Shown here: piece by piece, positions 9,054 to 16,371 of the stretch
Layout: every line of letters starts with the position of its first letter
How positions within the stretch are numbered: position 1 is the stretch's first letter
DNA from: an uncultured Candidatus Saccharibacteria bacterium
GTDB taxonomy: Bacteria; Patescibacteriota; Saccharimonadia; Saccharimonadales; JAGQNJ01
DNA length: 64,000 nucleotides
Reading direction: 5' to 3'
Assembly: GCA_964590205.1 (NCBI GenBank)
Contig: CAZPVO010000002.1
Coordinates: forward strand, 65,005-129,004
Notes under the pieces: generated by a model
The model's database searches: none
What the model saw: only the letters and a program-made list of their open reading frames with translations
What the model was told of the DNA's origin: nothing
Translations under genes and position numbers: made by a program

Positions 9054-10433
9054 ATGGCAGAAAATAAAGATAAAGATATCGTTACTAAAACAATCGAGGC
9101 GCCTGCCGAGGCACTGGATAAAACGCTGCAAAAAACTCATGCTATTGGCAAGCGTCTTCAGAACGATAAAACCATTAAAAGAGGCAAAGATTACTGGAAC
9201 AATCTTGGTCCAGGCTTAACAACTGGTGCTTCTGATGATGACCCATCCGGCATCGCTACCTACTCGCAAGCTGGCGCACAATTTGGCTTTCACCTGCTTT
9301 GGATGGCTGCCTTCACCTTCCCACTTATGTCAGTTGTCCAGGAAATGTGTGCCCGAATTGGTTTAGTTACTGGCCGTGGACTAGCAGCTAATATCCGGGC
9401 TGTCCTTTCAAAGCGAGTCCTGTATGTCTGCTCGATACTGTTATTTGCTGCAAACTCTTTCAACATTGGGGCCGACCTTGGCGCTATGGCCAAAGGCGCT
9501 CAGTTGATTGCCCCAGGGTTTAGCTTTACATTGCTCGTTATTGGTTTTGCCATACTCATGCTGGGCTTACAGATATTTACGCCTTACGAGCGCTACGCCA
9601 AATACCTCAAGTGGCTGGCAATGGTGTTATTTGCGTATATTTTGTCAGCAATACTTGCCCATCTTAACTGGGGCGACGTTTTGCATCACGCTGTCATTCC
9701 ACACATTTCATTTGGCAAAGAAGAAATTCTCCTCGTCTGTGCTATCTTGGGTACAACTATTTCACCTTATTTATTCTTCTGGCAAACGTCACAAGAAGTT
9801 GAAGACCAAATCGCTGACGGCAAAACAAGCATAGCCCAACGGCAAGGTGCCAGTAAATCAGAAGTACGCAGCATGCGTATGGACGTTTGGTCGGGTATGC
9901 TCCTTTCAAACCTCGTGATGTTCTTTATCATTGCTGCTTGTGGCGCCCTCTTATATACGAGCGGTATCCACGATATTAATTCAGCCGCCCAGGCCGCCGA
10001 AGCCTTGCGGCCGTTCGCGGGCAATGCATCGTATGTTCTGTTTGCTATTGGCATCATCGGCACGGGTTTGTTGGCAATCCCGGTCTTGGCTGGCTCAAGT
10101 TCTTACGCAATTGTTGAAAGTTTGCAAAAACAAGGTAGCTTGAGCAAAAAACTCAAGCAAGCTTATGCTTTCTACGGTGTGATTATTATTTCCATGTTGG
10201 TTGGTTTAGGCTTGAATTTTATCGGCCTTAATCCAATCAAAGCCCTTATTTACTCAGCCGTCGCCAATGGTATTGTGGCGCCAGTTGTGCTAGTTCTTAT
10301 TCTTTTGATCGCGAGTAATAAAAAGGTTATGGGCGAGTGGGCCATAGGACCAGTCAGCAAAACTATTGGCTGGGCTACAACCATTCTCATGATTCTTGCT
10401 GGCGGTGCCGCAATTTTTGCACTCTTTTCTTAA
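9054..10433 (+). CDS. mntH: Nramp-family divalent metal (Mn2+/Fe2+) transporter
   Basis: DDPSGIATYSQAGAQFGF motif region characteristic of Nramp/MntH. 459 aa with about 11 hydrophobic helices. Confidence 0.85.
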   Translation: MAENKDKDIVTKTIEAPAEALDKTLQKTHAIGKRLQNDKTIKRGKDYWNNLGPGLTTGASDDDPSGIATYSQAGAQFGFHLLWMAAFTFPLMSVVQEMCARIGLVTGRGLAANIRAVLSKRVLYVCSILLFAANSFNIGADLGAMAKGAQLIAPGFSFTLLVIGFAILMLGLQIFTPYERYAKYLKWLAMVLFAYILSAILAHLNWGDVLHHAVIPHISFGKEEILLVCAILGTTISPYLFFWQTSQEVEDQIADGKTSIAQRQGASKSEVRSMRMDVWSGMLLSNLVMFFIIAACGALLYTSGIHDINSAAQAAEALRPFAGNASYVLFAIGIIGTGLLAIPVLAGSSSYAIVESLQKQGSLSKKLKQAYAFYGVIIISMLVGLGLNFIGLNPIKALIYSAVANGIVAPVVLVLILLIASNKKVMGEWAIGPVSKTIGWATTILMILAGGAAIFALFS

Positions 10434-10466
10434 AAAGAGTTATCGAAAAGTAAATATTTATTAACC

Positions 10467-12179
10467 ATGCATAACAGTATTTTTATTGAACTTTCCGCGC
10501 TTCTGGTTTTAAGTGCTGGCATTTGCATGGTTATGCGTGCATTCAAACAGCCGATGTTGATCGGCTATATTTTGACTGGGCTAATTGTTGGGCCATCAGT
10601 ACTGGGCATCGTAAAATCGCCGGAAGCTATTGAAGTACTTGGAACATTTGGTGTTGCGCTGCTGCTATTTATTGTTGGCCTTGGGCTAAACCCAAGGGTT
10701 GTAAAAGAAGTGGGGAAAGTTTCGCTGTTTGCCGGTGTTGGGCAACTTATCTTTACGACTGGTGTTGGCTTTGTACTTGTTCACGCCCTCGGCTATAACG
10801 CCATAACCTCTATTTACGTGGCGTTGGCCTTAGCTTTTAGCAGTACGATTATCATCCTTAAACTATTGGGCGATAAAAAAGATCAGCACAAACTCTATGG
10901 CAAAATCGCCATTGGACTTTTACTGGTGCAAGATATCACTGCGTGTTTTGCACTTGTTGCCGCATCGGCCAGCACCACCGGTTCATTGAGTGTTAACCAA
11001 TTAATTTGGCTGGTGTTGAAAGGTTCGTTATTAGTCTGTGGCACAATTGTGTTTTCCCAACTGGTGATCAGACGTTTCAACAATTTTTTAGCAAAATCAC
11101 AGGAGCTACTATTTTTATTCGCCATCGCCTGGGGCTTTGGCATTGCGACAGTTTTTTACAAAGCCGGCTTCTCAGTTGAAATTGGTGCCCTGCTCGCAGG
11201 TGTATGCTTAGCTGGAATGCCGTACGCCCAGGAAGTTGGTTCGCGCCTTCGCCCACTACGTGACTTTTTTGTGATTGTGTTTTTCATTGCACTTGGTGCA
11301 CGCGTTGATATCAGAAATGTCAGTGTCATCATTTGGCAAGTTCTAGCTTTGTCACTATTTGTGCTCATCGTAAAACCAATCATTGTTATGTTGATTATGG
11401 GAACGCTGGGTTACACCAAAAAAACCAGCTACAAAACCGGGGTCGTTATGGGCCAAATCAGTGAGTTCTCACTTATTCTGTTGCTTCTTGGCTTAGCTAA
11501 TAACCAAATTAGTAGTCAAGCTGTCACCATGGTAACGGTACTGGGCATTTTGACCATCGCGTTGTCGTCTTACTTCATTACTTATTCTGATGGCATGTAC
11601 AAATTCATGGAAAAATATTTGCCGCTGTTTGAACGCAAAAAAGTTCGAGCTGAGCACGACCAGCGAAAAGTTTATGATGCAGTACTATTTGGTTATCAAC
11701 GCGGTGGCAGTGAGTTTATTCCCGTTTTCGAAAAAATTGCCAAAAAGTTTATTGTTGTCGACTATGATCCTGAAGCGATCGATCTTATGGAGCGACACGA
11801 AGTTCCTTACTTGTACGGCGATGCGACTGACCTGGAACTATTAGGCGAGGTTAACATTCATCAGGCCAAACTAGTAGTGTCGGTAATCACCGATTTCAAT
11901 ACAAACATCTTTTTGCTCAAGCAGCTCGAGCAACACAATCCAAATGGTGTGATGATTTGCCACGCCGACAATGTTCAGCAAGCTGTCGAATTATACGGAC
12001 TGGGCGCCAGTTTTGTGGTTATGCCACACTTTATCGGTAATGAAAAAGTCAGTGCGTTCATCCGTAAAAATGGCTTCAAGAAAACCGAGTTCAAACACTA
12101 TCGTGAAAAACATTTAGCCTATTTGCAAAATCACTTTGACGTGCCAGATGACGACTTACCAGAAGAAAGTACCGAATAA
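10467..12179 (+). CDS. CPA2 cation:proton antiporter (Kef-type) with C-terminal RCK/TrkA-N-like domain
   Basis: About 390 aa of Na/H-exchanger-like helices are followed by a soluble Rossmann-like domain (VLFGYQRGGSEF...VVDYDPEAIDLM...YGDATDLELL). Confidence 0.85.
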   Translation: MHNSIFIELSALLVLSAGICMVMRAFKQPMLIGYILTGLIVGPSVLGIVKSPEAIEVLGTFGVALLLFIVGLGLNPRVVKEVGKVSLFAGVGQLIFTTGVGFVLVHALGYNAITSIYVALALAFSSTIIILKLLGDKKDQHKLYGKIAIGLLLVQDITACFALVAASASTTGSLSVNQLIWLVLKGSLLVCGTIVFSQLVIRRFNNFLAKSQELLFLFAIAWGFGIATVFYKAGFSVEIGALLAGVCLAGMPYAQEVGSRLRPLRDFFVIVFFIALGARVDIRNVSVIIWQVLALSLFVLIVKPIIVMLIMGTLGYTKKTSYKTGVVMGQISEFSLILLLLGLANNQISSQAVTMVTVLGILTIALSSYFITYSDGMYKFMEKYLPLFERKKVRAEHDQRKVYDAVLFGYQRGGSEFIPVFEKIAKKFIVVDYDPEAIDLMERHEVPYLYGDATDLELLGEVNIHQAKLVVSVITDFNTNIFLLKQLEQHNPNGVMICHADNVQQAVELYGLGASFVVMPHFIGNEKVSAFIRKNGFKKTEFKHYREKHLAYLQNHFDVPDDDLPEESTE

Positions 12180-12715
12180 TAAAGTTTTTGAGTTTCAATA
12201 TATTTACCGACTTTTCTTGGGATATCTTCGGTTTTAAAATTTCCGTTTCGAACTTTAGATGATGAGATTGTTGGCAAGGGAGTTTTAAGCACATGGTAGC
12301 TCATGTCGTGTGAAGCAACCGTGCCGCCCTGCCTTTTAGCAACAATAAATTTTACATTATTCACCAGCTCATCAAAACCTGGCCAGGTTGGTAAGTTTTC
12401 AAATATGTCGTGACCCATCAATAAATAAAGCTCAGCATTCTCAAATTTTTCTTTAAGTTGCGGTAACGTTTCACTGACGTCAAATTGCTTACTGGGCAGT
12501 TCAAGCAATTCAATATTTGGCACATCGCTAATTGCCAATTCAACCATGGCTTGTCGTTGCACGGGATCGGTCACATTTTGTTTATTACGTGGCGATTTTT
12601 CAATCAAAAAATAAACTTTGTCCAAGCTAACTTCATCAAGAGCAGCTTTTGCGAATGTTAAGTGACCATTATGAATTGGGTCAAATGTCCCTGCAAAAAT
12701 CCCAACTTTATTCAT
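12131..12715 (-). CDS. nadD: nicotinate-nucleotide adenylyltransferase
   Basis: GIFAGTFDPIHNGHL (HxGH motif) and ISSSKVR (ISSTxxR-type motif). The start MNKVG at 12715 overlaps the stop of the upstream small gene by 8 nt (ATGAATAA). The track ORF extends to 12769. Confidence 0.85.
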   Translation of the reverse strand: MNKVGIFAGTFDPIHNGHLTFAKAALDEVSLDKVYFLIEKSPRNKQNVTDPVQRQAMVELAISDVPNIELLELPSKQFDVSETLPQLKEKFENAELYLLMGHDIFENLPTWPGFDELVNNVKFIVAKRQGGTVASHDMSYHVLKTPLPTISSSKVRNGNFKTEDIPRKVGKYIETQKLYYSVLSSGKSSSGTSK

Positions 12716-12878
12716 CAAGTGCCATGCCTTCGCAACATTTAGTTGGCATCTTGCACTCGGGACAAACAAAATGACCGTGCACTGGAATTATTGGATAGTG
12801 CCCGCAGTTGTCACAAAAGAATTCTGGCGACTTTTCTTTGACGAGTTCCTCGTAAACTTCATCAGTCTGTTCATTCAT
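12708..12878 (-). CDS. small zinc-ribbon protein (56 aa)
   Basis: CDNC...CPEC four-Cys ribbon. ATG 12878 overlaps the upstream gene stop by 8 nt (ATGAATGA). It resembles the C-terminal ribbon of the upstream protein (CPKC..ICEG versus CPEC..CCEG). The 88-aa form in the track is probably an over-extension. Confidence 0.55.
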   Translation of the reverse strand: MNEQTDEVYEELVKEKSPEFFCDNCGHYPIIPVHGHFVCPECKMPTKCCEGMALDE

Positions 12879-14385
12879 GCCCATCATTCTCCAATTGTTT
12901 TTGCCTAAACATCTCTTCGGCGTGATATATGGTGGCTTCCTCATTATTGTCCTCGGCTTTAATATTACCTTCACAGATTACCTCACCTGTACAAGCATCA
13001 ACTTCGTAGTTACATTTTGGACAACACCAGTTCTTTGTTTCTTTATCCACGACATCTTTTTTATCAACATATTCGTGACACCTAAAGCACCTGATCCGGC
13101 CACTTGTATCATTTTCGCTATTTTCGAGCTGATTAGCTTCACTCAGTTTTGCAGTTTGCAGATCTGGTGCATTACCCAGTTTTGCTTCTTTCTTTTCGGT
13201 ACCTGCGCCACACATCGTAAAGATAGCTTTATCCGTTGCTTGCTCTAACGCTACTTGCATGGCAGCCTCGTCACCATTCTTATAATGAACACGAGCTTGT
13301 TGCAACTCAACGTGTGCTTCCTCGCCAAAAATACGTGTATCAATTCTATCGTCAGTAACAACATAAGCCAAGGCATGTTTCTTGGTAAGTTCATAGAGTT
13401 TTTCGATAGCATCGATTGGCTTATGCAACTCATCTGCCGAGGCGACTATCTCTTGTACTATCTTGCCAACCGTTTCTTTCAGGTCTTTCTCACGTTGACG
13501 ACATACTTCCAAGTACTGGTCGTAGTCCTGAACTTCTTGATTAGAGCCAAAGAATAATCCACCGGCCAGCTCGTCGTATAGTTTGACGATGTCAAGAACA
13601 CCATTTGGCATGTATTTCTTTGGAACTAATAGAGGTCGCTCCAGAAGCTCTGTTACACTCAAGCCTTCAGAACTTTGGCCAAAGAATTCGTATATTTTTT
13701 TAACTGTTTCGATATCGTGTCGTGGACCGTCTTTTTCGGTTACTCCGGCCACAAAAGCTGATTGAGTTACAAGTTTACCGTCTTTGACCGTCGTCGCTTG
13801 CAGTACACCTGTCATTGTTGCACCAAAGAAGCTGTGATCCTCTAGCTGATCTCGCGGAATATCATCAGGGCAGAGGGATGAAACTAACAAGTAGCAGTCG
13901 TCGAGTTCATCTGTACGAGCATAATGACCAATCCGGGTACCGTTAACCGTTTCGGCTTTAGTTCGATTCAGAATAGGTTCAAATTTTGAAGTATATTTGA
14001 GCGCATTCGTATAAACAGCGGTGTGAGACTGGCCAAATTGCACAATAGAGCCGTCTGGTTTAATTTCCGAAACAATATCAGTTATGTGTCCTGACTTATA
14101 AATACCCTCAATGGTAGCAATACTGGCATTTTTATTTATATTTGGCAGCGCGCTGCCGTTACCATTTGCTGCTTCTTTTACAGCACCAAGGAGTGACATG
14201 CTGTCTTCATCAACTGGCTCGACAACTATTTCTTTTGATGCAAGTGCTCGTCCGATAAATCGTGCAGCATCGGCTCGAATCAGCTTATCTTGTTCTAACT
14301 GATCAACTCGAATAGCATGTGGTCCTCGTGGGCCGTCAGGCTGTTCAATCCCAGGTAGTACTTCCGCAAAGGCTGCTCCGGCCAT
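12871..14385 (-). CDS. uncharacterised ~504-aa cytoplasmic protein with C-terminal CxxC...CxxC zinc ribbon
   Basis: Long clean ORF with no family I can name and no signal peptide or TM helix. CFRC...CPKC lies near the C-terminus. The track start 14415 (MFPAREQDFF) sits inside the leader hairpins. ATG 14385 (MAGAAF) follows the U-tract, with AGGA 7 nt upstream. Either start is possible. Confidence 0.7.
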   Translation of the reverse strand: MAGAAFAEVLPGIEQPDGPRGPHAIRVDQLEQDKLIRADAARFIGRALASKEIVVEPVDEDSMSLLGAVKEAANGNGSALPNINKNASIATIEGIYKSGHITDIVSEIKPDGSIVQFGQSHTAVYTNALKYTSKFEPILNRTKAETVNGTRIGHYARTDELDDCYLLVSSLCPDDIPRDQLEDHSFFGATMTGVLQATTVKDGKLVTQSAFVAGVTEKDGPRHDIETVKKIYEFFGQSSEGLSVTELLERPLLVPKKYMPNGVLDIVKLYDELAGGLFFGSNQEVQDYDQYLEVCRQREKDLKETVGKIVQEIVASADELHKPIDAIEKLYELTKKHALAYVVTDDRIDTRIFGEEAHVELQQARVHYKNGDEAAMQVALEQATDKAIFTMCGAGTEKKEAKLGNAPDLQTAKLSEANQLENSENDTSGRIRCFRCHEYVDKKDVVDKETKNWCCPKCNYEVDACTGEVICEGNIKAEDNNEEATIYHAEEMFRQKQLENDGHE

Positions 14386-14410
14386 AAAAAAATCCTGCTC
14401 GCGGGCAGGA
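14386..14410 (-). terminator. intrinsic terminator of the leader expression platform
   Basis: Minus-strand hairpin UCCUGC-CCGCGA-GCAGGA (14410..14393) followed by U7 (14392..14386). Confidence 0.55.
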
Positions 14411-14520
14411 AACATAACTTGTGCTCCTGCTCGGGAGGCTTAGTAGCCAGATCGGACTTTAACCGTTGCGGCACAGTGAGGGAATTTCACCCTCTTCTTG
14501 GCATCTTTATTTTGTTAAGT
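14386..14520 (-). promoter_or_regulatory. cobalamin-type riboswitch candidate (class II / AdoCbl-variant-like aptamer plus terminator/antiterminator platform)
   Basis: Minus-strand nested helices: CUUA/UAAG, GCCA/UGGC, and GAGGG-UGAAAUU-CCCUC (14494..14478). These are followed by ACGGUUAAAGUCCGA and CGAGCAGGAG containing an SD. From memory the blocks align closely with class-II cobalamin aptamers of the env8 type. The duplicated CGAGCAGGA (14433..14425 and 14401..14393) flanks UCCUGCCCG (14410..14402). Confidence 0.55.
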
Positions 14521-14526
14521 ATTAGT

Positions 14527-14535
14527 AGTATAGCA
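14527..14535 (-). promoter_or_regulatory. extended -10 promoter element (TGcTATACT) for the riboswitch operon
   Basis: The minus strand reads GGTGCTATACT. This would place the transcription start a few nt before the first aptamer helix at about 14520. No clear -35 element. Confidence 0.3.
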
Positions 14536-14572
14536 CCAAGTTCAAACACTAGATGTAGTAGTTTTAGCTATA

Positions 14573-15382
14573 TCAGTGCAAAAGCGCAAAGCCCAAAATA
14601 ATAACACCAAGCACCACACGGTACCAGGCAAAAACACTTAAACTATGTTTGGAAAGGTATTTCAACAAAAACTGAATAGCAAAAATACCGCTCACAAACG
14701 CCGAGATAATTCCAGCAATAAAAATTCCCTTTTCGCTTCCAATTGCGCTGAGAGCAGATTTTTTGAGTAGCGTGTCAGCAATAGCGCCAAACATGATTGG
14801 TATTCCAAGTAAGAACGAGAATCGAGTTGCCGCCACACGGTCCATTCCAGCGAATAAACCAGTCGTGATGGTTGCGCCAGAACGCGATACACCTGGAATT
14901 ATCGCCAATGCCTGAGCTAAACCAATCGCTACAGCTTGTTTAGGCTGCGTATCATCTAGCTGAGTTTTATTCTTGACCCGACGAGCATACCATTCAGCCA
15001 AGAACATGACGCCACCGGCAACAATTAATGAACAAGCGACCAATGTTGATGAACGAAACTTTGACTCAGCAGTGTCTTTAAGTAAAAAACCAGCCACTGC
15101 TGCCGGAATAGTTGCAAGCACGAGCAGCCAGGCCAACCGAAATTCCTTGGCAGACTTATTAAAAATCGCTTTAATCAACGTCAGAATATCTTTTCGGAAG
15201 TAAATAATTAGCGCTGTAAACGTTCCGATGTTAAGCGCCATATCGAACAAAAAGCCAGCCTGCGGCGTTTGATTAATACCAAGCCACTGGTGAAACAAAA
15301 TTAAGTGGCCTGAGCTGGAAACTGGGATAAATTCAGTCAGTCCTTGCACAATACCGAGGATAATTGCTTGGATGAGGTTCAC
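14573..15382 (-). CDS. uppP: undecaprenyl-diphosphate phosphatase
   Basis: N-terminus NLIQAIILGIVQGLTEFIPVSSSGHL is the BacA/UppP signature. 269 aa with about 8 TM helices. The GTG start overlaps the upstream stop (GTGA). Confidence 0.9.
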   Translation of the reverse strand: MNLIQAIILGIVQGLTEFIPVSSSGHLILFHQWLGINQTPQAGFLFDMALNIGTFTALIIYFRKDILTLIKAIFNKSAKEFRLAWLLVLATIPAAVAGFLLKDTAESKFRSSTLVACSLIVAGGVMFLAEWYARRVKNKTQLDDTQPKQAVAIGLAQALAIIPGVSRSGATITTGLFAGMDRVAATRFSFLLGIPIMFGAIADTLLKKSALSAIGSEKGIFIAGIISAFVSGIFAIQFLLKYLSKHSLSVFAWYRVVLGVIILGFALLH

Positions 15383-15837
15383 TTGGTTTTAGCCTTTCTT
15401 TTTAGTTCTGCTAACCTTGGCATAAAACTATGCGCTGCGCCGTCAAGTCCCAATACTTTGAGCGCACCAATCAGTACATATAGTTGGTCAATACTTGCCT
15501 GATCAACTGTAGCATCTTGGTCGGCTCTTTTGAAATAGTACTCGACTTTTTCAACCAGCCATTTCTCTTGATCTTCAGAAATTTTATTTGAGGAAATCCC
15601 CGCCTCGTCGGCCATATTTACTACTTCAAGGGACCGGGCTTCATTATCACGCTTTTTTATATGCCCTCTTTTTATCAAGCTATTCACATGCAGCGCTACA
15701 GTTGCCACAGAAGTGTAACCAAGGCCGTCCATAATTTCACGGTAGCTTGGACTATAGCCGTGCTGCTTAATAAATTCCTCGATAAAACTTAAGAGTTCTT
15801 TTTGCTTTTTAGTAGGACGAACTTTTGATTCATTCAT
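15379..15837 (-). CDS. LexA-N-terminal-like winged-helix DNA-binding protein lacking the S24 peptidase domain
   Basis: KQKELLSFIEEFIKQHGYSPSYREIMDGLGYTSVATVALHVNSLIKRGHI resembles the LexA DNA-binding domain. The remaining ~75 aa are helical, with no Ser/Lys peptidase motifs. Confidence 0.6.
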   Translation of the reverse strand: MNESKVRPTKKQKELLSFIEEFIKQHGYSPSYREIMDGLGYTSVATVALHVNSLIKRGHIKKRDNEARSLEVVNMADEAGISSNKISEDQEKWLVEKVEYYFKRADQDATVDQASIDQLYVLIGALKVLGLDGAAHSFMPRLAELKRKAKTK

Positions 15838-16322
15838 TATTTTTTCCTTACCTGATGACGAACATGCTTAGGTCGATGCAACGCCGGGGCCGCGGGCCGC
15901 TTTGGTCCAGGTTTGGATTTCTTGGCAAACACCCAGAGCCGGTACCAAACATAGTTCCAAATTGTAAAAAACCCGGCTGAGACGAATTGACCAATGTATG
16001 GTGTGATGCCAACCTTGCTCAAGCTCCATACAATCGCTGTATCGATACCCAGGTTAACACCTGAGAGTAAAACGTAGCGACCAGTAACTTTTTGGAGTTG
16101 TTTCCGTGCATGTGTATCGCCAAAAACCCAAAATCGTTCCAGAAGAAAATTAACAGTTAGACCAAACAGATACGAAATAACTTTTGACGGAATAATTCCC
16201 CACTTCAGCCCACTGTAAAGTACCGCAAACAGGATATAGCCAGACCAAAACCACGCACCACCGGTCAGCAAATATTCAATCAGGCGAGTTGTTAGTTTTT
16301 TAGAATGATTTTTCTTTGCCAT
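15837..16322 (-). CDS. GtrA-family membrane protein
   Basis: 161 aa with four hydrophobic helices and the GtrA-like motif NFLLERFWVFGD. Basic C-terminal tail. Confidence 0.7.
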   Translation of the reverse strand: MAKKNHSKKLTTRLIEYLLTGGAWFWSGYILFAVLYSGLKWGIIPSKVISYLFGLTVNFLLERFWVFGDTHARKQLQKVTGRYVLLSGVNLGIDTAIVWSLSKVGITPYIGQFVSAGFFTIWNYVWYRLWVFAKKSKPGPKRPAAPALHRPKHVRHQVRKK

Positions 16323-16371
16323 AACACTTATGTATAGGATACCAGAAGATGGTATAGTTTATGGGTAGAAT

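Noticed and set aside
12708-12974. 88-aa version of the small zinc-ribbon ORF.
   Set aside because: The first 32 codons lie entirely inside the 3' end of the upstream gene in another frame. The ATG at 12878 gives the same ATGAATGA-type junction seen at the next gene boundary.
14386-14520. Alternative identities for the structured leader: SRP (4.5S) RNA, RNase P RNA, TPP riboswitch.
   Set aside because: CCGCAACG and AAAGUCCG resemble short stretches of 4.5S RNA and of the RNase P P4 region. The element is only about 135 nt and lacks the SRP GGAA/AGCA domain IV motifs and the rest of RNase P. GAUCUGG recalls the TPP aptamer, but the CUGAGA box is absent. The cobalamin class-II layout explains more of the sequence.
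14419-14601. 60-aa plus-strand ORF overlapping the leader region.
   Set aside because: It lies antisense to the structured leader and promoter. It has no SD and an odd Cys/Ser-rich composition, so it is most likely a chance ORF.
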